Below, piece by piece: positions 13,214-26,402 of a stretch of DNA of 64,000 nucleotides (the stretch's first letter is position 1; the number at the start of each line of letters is the position of its first letter). The notes below the pieces were generated by a model. That model saw only the letters and a program-made list of their open reading frames with translations, was not told the origin of the DNA and did no database searches. Position numbers and translations under genes: made by a program. Source of the DNA: Xylographa opegraphella (taxonomy: Eukaryota); assembly GCA_022813865.1 (NCBI GenBank), contig JALDZX010000002.1, forward strand, positions 682,001-746,000. Reading direction: 5' to 3'.

Positions 13214-14377
13214 ATGGCCAGCATGAACGTGTTTCGAATTCTTGGCGACGTATCACACACGGTGTCGAAGTGTATTCTCATATGGTCCATCCACGTCAAC
13301 AAGAGCGCAGAAGGCAAGACTACCTCCTTCGATCTCTCATCGAGATATTGACTGTGTTCCATAGGTGTCTCGCTGATTACACAATTCCTATATGCGGCAG
13401 TCTTCTGTACCCGCTACTTTGATATCCTTTGGCTACCTCCTGATAGAACGTGGTGGAACTTCACGCTCCAGATCTTCTATATCTCGTCTTCATTATACAT
13501 CATCTGTCTAATGATGGGTATGTATGCTCGGACAAGAGAACGAGAGAAGGCGTGGAAGTTAGGAGGTGCCTGCTTCATCGGCTCGACGATTGCTGCACCC
13601 TTTGTGATGATGATTTTTGAGAGAAAAGCGCACTGGAGCTTCATGGAGGTATGCGAAAACCACAAATCGGCCTGCACGTAGATTCTCACTTGTACCCAGG
13701 TTTTGTGGACATTTTCACTTATCCTAGAGTCGGTCTGTGTTCTGCCCCAGCTTCTACTCCTGCGACAAACCACTGTGCCAACTGTGATCGACTCCTTCTA
13801 CCTTTTGACCTTGGGGTCATATCGAGCCTTCTACATCCTCAACTGGATCTATCGCGGCATCCACGATCCAAGGAAGCCCAGCCCCATTTCCGTGATCTTT
13901 GGGGTGGTCCAAACAGCATTCTATGTCGACTTTGCGTGGATTTATTGGACTCGTCAACGTGTCAAGTTACGCAATGGAGGCGTAGTGGACTCGGACGACT
14001 TGAGCAGAGGCTACTTGATACAAAAAGTTTTCGGGCGAGGGACTGCGGACCTCGACGAAGAGGACACGGTGGCAATTGATGACGCAGGAGCTACCACGAC
14101 ACCACGGCGGGTTGGATCACGCAACGGATGGGGGGCTCGAGGAGTCTCGATCTCGGCTGACGATAATGTTACGAAATCGCAACAGGCATCAAAATCTAGA
14201 TCACGGCCTGTGGAGATAGAGGCAAGGACGAGGCCGGAAGAGATGGCAGGCATTCTCGAAGGCCATGAAGAAGGTTACAGCGACGATGATATACCGGACC
14301 CCAACAGTAAACGTTCTCCTGCCGGGCTTGGGGCCGTTGGTGACGGGGCAGAATGGCGGAACGATGAAGGCGAATGA
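13214..14377 (+). CDS. ERD2: ER lumen protein-retaining (KDEL/HDEL) receptor-like protein with an acidic C-terminal tail
   Basis: MNVFRILGDVSH, SAEGVSLITQ, VFCTRY, WTFSLILESVCVLPQL, LGSYRAFYILNW and QTAFYVDF motifs; introns 13314-13364 (GC-AG) and 13649-13699. Confidence 0.88.
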
Positions 14378-15685
14378 GACATACGGGTTGGGTCAGCCTG
14401 GAGAGCACAAAAGTGGCATTCTGGCATGTGATCAGGTGCGAACACAGCGGCCGGTCACATGTTCAGATAGACGATGTTGGTCCGTCTGAATCAGAGGAGA
14501 AGTTGGACACCCTCCAGGTGGGACGAACATATAAGAAGTTCCAAGGCGAAGGCCGGAGGGGGGAAGCCGCGTCGTCGTCGAGCAGGTCTTGCGCCTCCTC
14601 GCGGTCGGTTTCAGCGTCCACGTTGGACGATCAGCTGCGTGTCGTGGGCGTGCAGAACAGCGGCCGGAGCGAATGCATAACATCGCTGCGACGTGGTCGA
14701 TTCCGGCCTCGCGCTTGGCCCAGCACAGCCTCGGGCGATTAAGGTTATAGGACAATGACAGCAGCACCTCCGTTTCAGAGCTCCGCAAATCGCGTGCGAC
14801 GGTCGGTGGGGGCTGTCCAGGGTGGGACGTTGGCCGATGGTGGACGAATCGCATCTCTGCGTCGGGCATTTGAGTGCAAGGTGGGGACCATCATTATTCT
14901 GGTGAAGGTCGTAACCTTACATGGCATTACCGCATTGGGCGTAAGGCGAGCCCACCCACGATCGGCTCGCCCTTCTTGCCTCCCACCCTAGGAACGGGAA
15001 GGGGGGGGGAGCATGTAGTGCACGTCCGGTTGTATCAGCAGAAAACGCAGTAGCCGTAGAAGGTGTACATACGTTCGAACGAGCATGGTGGCTGTTAGCC
15101 GCAAAGATCGAGCGAATAAACGATTGGCTCACAAGTACATGATTTTGTCGACGATGGGGTACAAAGGGACCAAAAACCAGTGTTTGAGCCTCGCAGCCGG
15201 GCTATTACGAAAAATCGCTTCAGCCGGTAACGGGATTTGCCTACGATCGACCAAACGAAAACGCCGGGTGCAGATATTGCAATCTCGCAGCTGTCCTGCC
15301 TCAATCGCAGCACGGCGTCGCAGACGTCGTTCCGGGGGTCATGGAAAGCTGGGGATTTTTCGCTTGCGTCGGCTCGAGCATGCATTCTTCTTCCCCTACA
15401 CCCTACGTAGCCACCTTACTCTATCCGTGTTTCTCCAGCTGCAGCGGGGCGCGGGTGGTGTGGGGATGGGCAAGCAGCAGCTGCATGAGGTCATTTGTCT
15501 GCGACATTTTTTTTTGTTTTTCCATTAGGGTGCCCGCAACGTGTAGCAGGGAAGCCACCACCGACGGGAGCGAACGAAGCGATTCCTGAAGCTTCTCGAC
15601 GCACACGAAACGGCGGTCGAGGGGGGGGGGCGTCGGAGGGAATAAGCATAAATCCGGGGGGGGGAGGGGTGGGGTGACAGCGAAC

Positions 15686-15719
15686 AGCGAAGAGCGAAGA
15701 GCGAAGAGCGAAGAGCGAG
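15686..15719 (+). repeat. (AGCGAAG)n heptamer tandem repeat
   Basis: About 5 adjacent copies read directly. Confidence 0.85.
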
Positions 15720-18700
15720 GAGCGGATGATGCTTGAATCGTATAAAACGCATCGATTTGATTCAGTCGCAGCTGGGAATTTTCATCCTGGCGGGCTTTGA
15801 TTTGAAGTGCCTGGTCGGGAAAGCCCGGTTTGAGCTTCTTTCCATACCGTACTTTCCTCCCAATCAGTAAATTAAAAACCCAGGTACGGAGACTTTTGCG
15901 CGTTCGCCACACACTCAGCGGAGGCGGTGGTGGTGGGGGGCGGCGCGCCCCTTCGGCCTCAAACGGCTCTACTTGAAATCGGGGGCATGGGGCTGCGAGA
16001 TTTTGCTTGGCTGAGCCGCACCACGTGAGCGTGGCATGCCAGAAAAGTGCGATTTTCTGTCTCACACCTCCGAACAAAACATCAGCATTTCGGCGTTGAG
16101 GGTAGAGTAGAGTGTTAAGGTGAGGCAGGTCAGCCTGGGCTCAGCTGGTCAGAATTAGCGAACGTCGTTGATTATTCTGCAAGCCCGATGATAATGCCTC
16201 TCCGCAGCGTGCGCTCTGCCTTTCGGCTGTTCGAAGTATAATGTATTTTCGGTATCTGGACGACCTTACCTCATATAATAATAATACTATGGGAAATGCT
16301 GCGAGCAAGGCTGGTGGGAGAGACAGTGGGCCTTAAGGTAACCTGGCTTCCCTTTCCTCCGTCCAGACGGAGCCTATCGGAGAGATTGTGGCACGCGACG
16401 GGCACGCTTTTTCCCGTGCAGGCGGCCGCAATTGCTCCACGCCTCAAGCGGTAGCACGTCCCAGCTGCTGTCTTAGCTGGCCCTCCCCCTGTAACTAGTG
16501 CCTGCGAACCGCTTTAGCTCCTCGCTTCACACCCCCCCCGGGGGCTTGCACACGATACCCGGGCGATGTAAAGGTAAGGTAGTCATCATTTATTCTGTTG
16601 CAGCCGGTACGACGGGAGGGAGAGTGGAACGAGCGGTGCTTGTGTCACTCAGGTCCGACTCACGAATCACACGCATCCGCGTCTGGGAACGAGCAACGAT
16701 GGATGTCGTTCAACGTTCACCATGTTAGTGGACACCTCGACCCAAGCAATGCCATGCTCGATCCTGCGACGCCTCCTTGCTGAAGGATCGAAAGGATGCT
16801 CCCCCCAATCCCCGATTAGCTTCTCACTGCTTTCGTTCTCCGACTGTTTCTCTGTTTCCGTCATGTCGCATTCGCCCAACGCCAACCTTATGTTTGAGCT
16901 TCATAACGGCCGTGGTGTGCTTCTCGCACAATGTTCCCCAACCTCCGGCGATGGTGACGTCGTTGGGGTTGGGGGGCAGTTCAACCTCCTTCCATCTCGC
17001 GTTACGAGCTGATGCGAGTGGGTTGTCGTCGAGATCAGGTCTCAGAGGCCTGGCCCGCTGACTGGGACGAGGATGTGTTCCCCCTCGGTGGTATCCGAGA
17101 CGACTCAGCTACGGGAAAGTATTTTTTACGGGCGAGAGATGAGTCAGCGGGTTGTCGTAGGGATGGGAGAGTCGAGCGACTGGGTACTAAGAATAACGAA
17201 TCCTCGGCTCAGATGTCCTTCGCAACTACTCCTCTGCCGGCGGAGATTGTGTAGGCGTTCGATGCGCTCCGATGAATGCAGGGCGGGGAATATATCGATG
17301 CATACGGAACGCACGCTGCGTCCGAGGGAAGCGGTCGGCCGCATGAACGAGTTGAGCACGTTCGAGGAGGCGAGTAATAAATCCGTCATCCTCCTCGTTG
17401 CCGGACGAATGGTCGAGCAGCGATCGAAGACCCGCGTGATCCGCCCTCGTCTCCTGCCGAGTGGTTCCTTTCCTTGGACGTGAGCGTGTATTATTATTGT
17501 TGTTATTCTTATTGTCATATTATTATTACCTCGAAGCTTTCTACTACTTCTGGGCATGCAGCGGCATGGAGCATGGGGGGGATGGGGCCTCGCTTTCTTC
17601 ACAGCGCTTATCCCCCCTTGCCGTCACTGCCTAGAATAGCGAAGGGCCATGTTTAGGACGGGTTTTACCCGTATCGGGCTAGCTTCAGGTCCCCGTAGCT
17701 CCCGTGACGGCCCTGGACCCTGTATCTTACGATATCTTACCACGTCAGCCCGCGCCATACCGCATCAGGGACGAGGCCGCGGCAATGCCACACTCGCACT
17801 CTTCCTTCGCTTCTCCAGGCAAAGGCAAAAAGAGAACTGTCATGGCGGTGGGTGTTTGAACGCTTGCCGGCCATGCACTGCAAGGAGCCAGGGTGCACTT
17901 CATCCCTGCGTTCAGGGACCGCACGCTTCCCCCTCCCCCCCTTCCTCTCTTTCCCCCCCCCCCCAAACAACGAGCAGGAGTAGCTAACAGAATCGCCCCC
18001 CCGGACTCGTGGCACAGCGGCCCACCCCATACCTTAGACCGAAGAAGCTTCCCTGTCTAGCTCCCCCAGCTTAAAAGAGACCAAAAGTGGGAAGGGAAAA
18101 AAAGGGCCTTGCTTTGCTAATCCCCTTCCCACACTTCCAACGCTAATCCTGAAAACCCTCACACTAAGCCGGAGCCTGAAACGCGCAAGCTGGGGCCTGG
18201 ATCATTCGTGTTGTCCGTTGCAAAGATTTTGGCTTCCCTGGTTAGTTTGAGGACATAGGCGTTGTCCCTAAGTTGTACCTAATGGATCCTACCACCGACT
18301 CCGAACACGTCCTTACCTACGGAGCTACCTTACCTGACCTTACCTTACATTCAACACTTACCCTCCCCCCCCCCAGCTCGACCTAGCCCGTTCCTCGCTA
18401 AACGCCCCGTCGAGAGGGACGATGATGCATCTCATGTCAGTCCCAATTCCGCAGCATATGGCACGGTCAGGTTATAACTCCCCAGATCCCCCCTCCGGTG
18501 CCACACAGCCTTCCACCGCTGGTTAAGAGACACCGACATCTCCCCCTCTCCCTCCCCCTTGCATAGACCGCTCGAAGTACAGGACAGGTGGTCTGCACGC
18601 TCGCCCACCCTCTCGCTCATTTGCAGGATCACGTTACCGTCCATAAGGCTGGCGCTCTCTCTTTATCCTTCCGAGCTCACCGTGTCTCTTGCCTTGCTTG

Positions 18701-18744
18701 TCAAAGTCTTCGTGTACACCCATTCCTTCTTATAGCAGTTGCAA

Positions 18745-18803
18745 AGAGAGTGAGAGAGTGAGAGAGTGAGAGAGTGAGAGAGAAATAGAGAGAGAGAGAG
18801 AGA
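18745..18803 (+). repeat. (GAGAGT)n/(GA)n microsatellite just upstream of the Myb-like gene ATG
   Basis: Read directly; ends about 40 nt before the ATG at 18844. Confidence 0.9.
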
Positions 18804-18843
18804 AAAGACAAAGAGACAAGAGTTTTCATTCCTTCCATTCGTC

Positions 18844-20021
18844 ATGCCTGATCAATTCTACGGCGGAGCCGGGGTTGATCTCCTCTACTCCAACCAGATG
18901 ATGTCCAATCCCTTTTCAGAGCCTGACTGGACGCAGGCGAACATTGTGCGTGCTCTCCCTCGCAGTGGGACTTGCGGGTCGAGCGTGGAGGACGGTCGAG
19001 CTAACGCGGTCACAGGCTCCGATGCCAAGTCTGGATTTTGACAAGTTCGATAATCCGTACCCGACCCCCAGGCCCCCACCGATCGAGGTCTCTCCCATCC
19101 CGGCACATCTCATCAACTTCCCGCGCCCCAAGAGTAGCCCGAGCACGTTCGGACCCAATGTGGAGGACCTGCTGTTCCCGGAGAACCCGTTTCGGATCAG
19201 GCATGAGGAGTACCCGCCCTTCACCTTTCCCATGTCACCAGTACACTCGGCCAAGGCTCCGAGCCCGTACTATGGAGAGCAACAGCACTACGCACAGACC
19301 GCTCGATCATCACCGAACCGTCACGGACCGGTTCCCATCGCACCTGACCCGATCGGACTCCGGCAGATGAATGTGTTGAAGCGGATGCGTGAGGAGGAGG
19401 AGTTCGCGGCGGATTTCGGGCAGCGGAAGAGGAAGCGGGCCGTGTCGAACGCGGGTCCGGTGGAGTTGAACGAGGAGGAGCAACTGCTGTTGAAGCTGAA
19501 GGAGGAGGAGAACCTGCCGTGGAAAGACATTGCCGTCCGGTTCCAAACCGATCTCGGCAAATCCTACCAAGTGCCTGCCCTTCAGATGCGGTTCAAGAGA
19601 CTCCGGGAGCGGATGCGGACGTGGACCGACGTCGATGTAAGGCTATTTTTTTTTTCTCCTTTCCCCCTTCCCTCGTGGTCAAGAGTCTGATCCTGAGACA
19701 GGTTCAAGCACTCGAGCAAGCCTACGACTACTGGGAGAAGTTCCAATTCGACATTATCGCCGCAAAGGTGAGCCGGCTCGCACCTCCTTTCCCATCCTCC
19801 ACCCCCCCTTGCCGTCGAGCTAACATGCGGACCAGATGCTGGACTACGGTGCTTCCGAGAGATGGCCATCCAAATACTGCGCCCGCAAGTGGGACGAACT
19901 ACACCCCGGCCGCGTACCCTTTCAATCCAACCCCAATTTCCTACAGGACCCATGGGCTTCCGAGCACTGCAGCCCCGTGGAATCACTAGGCCACAGCCCG
20001 CGGCCCTCGCTGGGCCTGTGA
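18844..20021 (+). CDS. Myb/SANT-like DNA-binding domain protein (putative transcription regulator)
   Basis: Introns 18946-19015, 19637-19701 and 19768-19835 join one open frame. It has an RKRKR NLS, EEEQLLLKLKEEENLPWKDIAVRF...LQMRFKRL, and a second repeat WTDVDVQAL...FDIIAAKM...CARKWDEL. Confidence 0.8.
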
Positions 20022-23000
20022 GAACGTCCCGCTTCACGGCCGCCACCGCGCAACGCATTTTCCCTTCCGTTCCATTTCACCCTGCTTTCCCTTATTGTCA
20101 GAGAAAAAAAAAGCTTTCGGACCGACCTTTTGTTCATATGCCGAGAATACGATCCTTGCATTGCCGCTGCTGGCAGGTCACGCGGTGCTGCACACCCGGG
20201 AAGAAGGGGTGGGGGTGGAGATGGAGACATTGGAGTACATATATATCGCTCGGGCCCACACTGGCCTCTTGTCTTTTCCACGGCGCACAGCGGAATGGTG
20301 GGGAGGCGGCTGTATATGGGGCTGAGGTTGCATTTTCCCGGAGCATTGTTTTCCTCCGCCGGCGGCCGAGAACGGCCTCGACTGGCCCGGCTTCATGATT
20401 TCGTTTTCTCGTCTGCTGTGTTTTACGTTCTTGCTTGGCGTCGCATATCTTGGTGTTTTGTCCTTTTTTGGGGGAGGTTCTGGCTTGGACACTGTCTTAG
20501 GGGAGGGGAAGGGGAAGAAGGGATCGAAGAAGAAAGGGGGCTGTCGTCGCATCCGGCTCGGGCGCGCGGTGTATCCTCCTCCTCCTCCTTCTTCTCTTTC
20601 TTCCTCCGCCGACCTCCGACCCAGCGGGTTACATGTTCGTTGATTCTTGCTCGCATAGCGTGGGCGTGAAAATTGGGGGGGGCTTTATACCTTGTTTTTT
20701 GAGGAGAGCTCTTGTTTATTTTGTGTTTTTGAGGGGTGGAAAGGGGGGTAGGTGGATCCTTCGCCGTTCGTCGTCGTTGGGGCGGGTGCGTGTGGGGTAA
20801 AGGGGAGGGGTGGAGAGGTGTAATAAGTCGAATGAATCGGATTTATCGCTCGAGAAGACGCTTTTTTTTGCTTGCCGTGATGATATGATGAAATGTGTGT
20901 GTGCGTGCGTGTGGGATCGTGGAATTGTGCATTTTACTAGCTACGACGATGAGGGTGGTTGGTTGGTGGGTGTTTGCTTTGCTTTGACTTGGTGAGAGTA
21001 TGTTTGGTGTATTTACAGGATTTTGCGTTTCGCGGAATCGCGGGGAGGGGAGGTGATTTGGTTGGGGCTGATGAAAGGGGTTTGAAGTGGAGGGGAGTGA
21101 AATGGAGTGGCGTGCTTGCTTGCTTGCTTACTTACTACACTTCCGCCGCGTCCGGAGGGTTTGTTTAGCTTGGTGGTAGTGGAGGTGGGTATTTAGGGTG
21201 GGTATTCGAATGGTTATTTATCTAGCTAGCTGTAGTAAACCCATCTGGGAATCTGGGAGTTTTGGGCAATCTGAGAAACCTGGCTGTCTTGGAATCCGGT
21301 AACACTCCATTTCATCCATCCATCCGGAGGGGGTAGGGAAAGGTTTTTTTTTTTGAATCGGGAAGTAAGTAGAATGATTGTGGGCTTTACTCGGTACGAT
21401 AAGTTGTACAGGAGTGGAGGACTAGGGCTGGCGCTTTATCTCGAGACTACCTTAGATGCCTTACGCTCACGTTTGCGTTTGGCTTGTGTGGAGGGAAGGA
21501 AAGGAGGGTACCTAGGTTGAGCAGGGCAGGGCTTTACGGAGTACACCTAAACGCTGCGTCGAGCGGACTAGTTACCTTAGCTAGATACGCATATGGCAAT
21601 TTTTACGGGGTGCGAAGCGGATCAGGCACCGCGTCTTACCTCGTGGATGCCCGGTGGTCTGAGCTGCTAGATACCGCTGACGATGACGATGCCGCTGATA
21701 TCGAACACGGCCATCCAGTACCGACGGATAAGGCTTCCTTCGCCCCAGAGACACCGTTACACCAGCTCGTTACCTTAAGATACGTACCTACGCGCAAAAG
21801 TCCCGAAGTGGGGCTTCTTCCCCTCCTGATTTCCCCAGGGCGACCGCACCGCAAGGCTGTGCGCCTTGGCCGCGGTCCGTCGTTCCCGATTGTCAATCCC
21901 CCCGGCGGCGCCGCGCACGGAGCTTGTCTGGTGTGCGTACGTACTGTATAGTAGTACCGCGCTGTCTGTGGGGTTGGGGATGGGGTATGGTGGGTGGTAA
22001 GGCGATGCGGAGGGAGCGCTATTCTGGAGCCTCATGTTCTCGCTAGTAGGGGCGAGCACGAACGGGTGATCGCGATGGCGGGGGGGGGGTGAGGTGAGGT
22101 GGTATTGTATCGCAGCATCGTTTCACGGCTTCGAACGTAAGGTACCTAGGAGGTTACCTTGTTTAGTCTGGCCCGGCCCGGCGCTTGAGCTGGGTGGGAG
22201 AGGAGGCGGTTGCATTACTATTCGCATTATTATTCGGTAGAGAGAACGACTACCCATCTAACGCATCCGCCGTGCGAAAAAGTGACGTCGATAAAACAGC
22301 GACTACGTGTCGCGCGGGACGAAAAGCTTTCCCTCGACCCGTCCATAATCCTCCGCCCGCTCCGACCCTCGATCGCATGGAAAACCCAGTTACGGGGGCG
22401 GCGGGGCGGTGGCGGCGGCGGCGGCGGCGGTTTATGGCAGGCAGGCAGGGAGGAAGAAGCAAAGGCATGAATCGGACGCCGCGTTACACCTGCTCGCCGC
22501 CGAAGGAGGGATTTTGGGATTTTTTCCTGTCGCGTGGTTGCGGTCGGGGGGGCCCTGGTCCTGATGTGGCGGGGTGTTTGGATTGGGGATTTGAGAGGGG
22601 TGGTACCTTATGCTTTGATTGTGGTTCACACGGAGTTGTGGTTGTTTGTGGAGTGAGTGGGTGTGTTGTCGTGGGTGTTGCGGATGGGGTTGTGCAGGGC
22701 GGGGAGTGTTGATTTTGATGACTCAGCTGGTGATGGTCACGTGCACTGTCTTATTGTAGATTCCACCCTCGCTATTCATACTTCGTAATTCACTCACAGC
22801 GTGGGAGGGAATATGAGTACCGTTTCTGTTATGGCGAGGTGCTCTTCACTCCGGCCGATGGTACTACGTACTACCGAAGTACTATTAGCTTCCTCATTGA
22901 TCTCACCCAGCGCGGGATCAGTAGTCAGTAGTAATGCAAATGCGTGCACACGCCTATCTCTGCCAGCTTCCCGTTGTGCATGTTCCACGATAAGAACTTC

Positions 23001-23244
23001 GATCACCACGCAGGGGAGCTACAGCCTCGCATTCGCCGATAATCGAATGTGTCGCTAAGAACGAGCCCATGACCAATGATGATCCACTACGCCATGCTTT
23101 GAGCTGGTGCCTGCATCAGACCCAAAACTGGCCGACTCCCCCAGACTGCCTCTTGCTTCACGGCGCTGGTATGACGGTGCGACGTCGACCATCCTGGCCT
23201 GAAACCACTCATCGACGAGGCGTGCTGACGACTCGCCTGCCAAA

Positions 23245-25629
23245 ATGAAAGTCGAGCAGTGGGACCGTAAGCTTCTTCTCCTGGCCCTCGCCTTTGCGCT
23301 GCGCCCCGGTCTTGCCTCTCCGCTGCATCAGCGTGCGAGAGATACGGTCTCACCCACTTGCAAGCGTACCACGGTTGCCGTGCTGTATGTTTGAAACCCT
23401 CCTGCTATTCTGCATCCACGTGCATCTTCATCAGAGGTCAGAGCTGACCGGTGCCCTCGCTGCGTGCCAATTGACAGTGGCGCCGGCACAGCTGGTATCA
23501 CTGCCGCTGTAAGTCTGATCCCCCGCATGGTTATGCCGGCGCAACGGATTCCGGGACCTGCAATGGCTGACCTGTCGTTCGCGTGGTCAAGCAAGCGTTG
23601 ACGAATGCCTCCGTGCACGACTTCCTCATTGTCGAATACAACGACGTGATTGGGGGCCGAGGTGACAAACGAAAACTCAAAAACCGTCTGTTCCTGACTA
23701 AGACCTGACTGAAAGTGGCGCACACGACGTTCGGCGCGAAACCTGATGGCACGCCTTATACCGTGGAATTGGGGGCGAACTGGGTATGTGAGCATTGAAC
23801 AGACCATCGGCTCGACCGGGAAGCACGGCCGAATGGCTGAGGGCGAGAGCTCGGAGAATGAGAGACGAATCTGACATTGTTACTGTTTATAGGTGCAAGG
23901 GTACGTGAGCGTGCTCGGTGGTCCCGAGGACCGAGTCGAGAGCGAGAATCCTAGCTATGATAGCCCCGTTCGCCGTCGTTCTGACTGTGCTTGTGGAAAG
24001 GATACAATCCCCCGGCGGTCCTGCGAATCCAATTTGGATCTTGGTCTGTAATCCCGATCCTGTCGACTTGAAACCATGGAATTCTGACAGTTATTCCCAA
24101 AGGCTGAGAAATACAATCTCACAAACACGTGAGCAGACCTCCGTTAAATGCGCCTCTTCATCATTGCACAAGCTTACCAAGGTGGCCAACAGCTATTCGG
24201 ACTACAGCTCCATCGAGACCTTCGATCAAAGCGGGGCGGTCAATTACACCGACTTGCTGGATGAGTTCGACGATGCTTACTCTGTCTTGGAGCAAGATGC
24301 TGGCTATATCCTGAGCGAGAACTTACAGGATAGGAGTTACAGAGCAGGCTTGAGCCTTTCCGGATGGAAGCCTGGCAAGAACATGCACGCACAAGCCGCG
24401 GAATGGTGGGAATTCGACTGGGAATACGGTCAGAGTCCGGTACGAGGACGCTTGTCCATGACCAGGATCACACTCGCTGAACAATAGACTTTCAGGAAGA
24501 AAGTTCGGAGGAGTTTGCCATTGTAAACTATGTGGGTTTCGGCAGCACCTTTTACAAGAAAATATCATGCGGAGAGTTAATGCTTTGTCAAGAACACCAC
24601 GTTCTACCAATACTCCGATGCGAACAACTATGTATTCGACCAGAGAGGATTCAATACGTTCATCAAGGGTGAAGCATCGACTTTTCTGAAGCCAAATGAT
24701 CCGAGATTGCTATTGAACACGATTGTAACGAAAATATCTCACAGCGATACTGGTGTCACCGTCCACTACAAGGACGGTTGCATCGAAGCGGAATATGCAA
24801 TATGCACATTCTCGTGAGCTTTGAGAGTCGTTACTTTCCCGAAGTGTAACTGATCTGTTCTGCAGTCTTGGAGTCCTCCAGAATGATGTCGTCAAGTTTT
24901 CACCACAACTTCCGATGTGGAAGCAGGAAGGTATAGAGACATTCTCAATGGGTGAGTCTCGATATCTTTACTTCTCAGCAAATCCATTGATGCATTCTAG
25001 CCACCTACACGAAAATCTTCCTCCAGTTCCCCCAGGACAAAGTATTCTGGAACACTTCCACACAATTCTTCCTCTACGCCGACCCTATCGAACGTGGCTA
25101 CTACCCCGTGTTTCAATCCCTTGACGGCCCCGGCTTCCTGCCAGGCTCCGGAATCCTCTTCGTCACCGTCGTCTCCGACCAGTCCTACGCCGCCGAGAAC
25201 CAAGACGATGCCACCACGAAGGCTCAGGTCCTCGCCGTCCTCCGCGACATGTACGGCGCGAAGAACGTCCCGGAGCCTACCGCCTTCATGTACCCTCGGT
25301 GGAGCACCACCCCTTGGGCATTCGGCAGCTACAGCAACTGGCCCCCCGGCACGAGTCTGAAGATGCATCAAAACCTCCGAGCCAACGTCGGCCGCCTCTG
25401 GTTTGCAGGCGAGCATACCCACGCGGAGTACTACGGCTTCCTGCACGGGGCCTGGTTCGAGGGCCAGAAAGTGGGAGGCACCATTGCCGGCTGCGTCAAG
25501 GGGAACAAGACGGTCTGTGTCGAGGAGGTGGATTACCCGATGCTGCATGGCGATACGCCCGAAGCGCAGTATGATCCGGCGAATGGCTGGTTCGTGACGA
25601 GCTTCCAGACGGTGGGGTTTGACGACTGA
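23245..25629 (+). CDS. Secreted flavin-containing polyamine oxidase (plant PAO-like), 11 predicted introns
   Basis: Signal peptide MKVEQWDRKLLLLALAFALRPGLA; FAD motif VAVLGAGTAGITAA...IVEYNDVIGGR; VELGANWVQG; C-terminal GSYSNWP and FAGEHT...GFLHGAWFEG. The exons splice in frame. Confidence 0.9.
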
Positions 25630-26402
25630 AGTGATATGGGGGTGGGTGAGCGGTGTGGTGGGTATGGCCTGATGAACCGGGCTTCTTTGATGTGTGGTCT
25701 TGTGTATACAATTAGGAGGTTGAGACGGTATATAAGCGTGATGAGACGGTTGTTTGCCCTCTCCTCTGGTGTCGAATTCTTATCTAGAATCCTAACTGTG
25801 CTTCCACCGTCACTTGGATCATCAAGCTGCAAGTGAAATTATGACATATAGGCAATGAAACAGTGTATCTCGTATCATGCATCTTCTTTGCTTCGAGGCG
25901 ATGCCGTTCTCTTAGCGATTGCCAGAAGCGCACATCTCGGAAAACATCTATCCTTGCGACATTGAAAGGTCTTATGAGACTGAGCTTTTGCTCTAGGCAC
26001 ATTATCTGCTTGCTCGAATCTGTTCATCTTGGTTGGTCACCACGTGCGTTGTAATGTTTACAGTTACTTTTACATGTGGACCCTGAGGAAGCCAAGACGG
26101 ACAGGGGTGATGGCGATCTGTTTGAATTCCACAAACTCAATTCACGCTCCTGATGCTCTTGTAAACAAGCTGAGCGAGCCCTTGACCACTGTTGCCCGGT
26201 CTGCTCTCTCGAGGCCGGTATTGCGCTCTTTTGAATACAGTGTACGATGTCGTTCTTCCATTTTATACACGTTTCACATTAAGACGCTTGATCCGTCCGG
26301 ACTGCATCTGCATATTATAGCTGGCTCGTCAGCAACGACCACCTCGGCAACCCACGAGGAAGGCATGGACTTCGTGCACATTGAGAATCACATTCCTGGA
26401 CA

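Noticed and set aside
14432..18030. Many 60-220 aa ORFs upstream of the Myb-like gene
   Set aside because: Low-complexity translations of GC-rich repeats, mostly with non-ATG starts; no domains or coherent exon chains.
20022..22712. ORFs downstream of the Myb-like gene
   Set aside because: Homopolymer-rich UTR/intergenic sequence without coding signal.
24102..24116. TPP-riboswitch-like GCTGAGAAATAC
   Set aside because: It is oxidase coding sequence (AEKY) and lacks the downstream CCTGAT and pairing stems; none was seen near the permease either.
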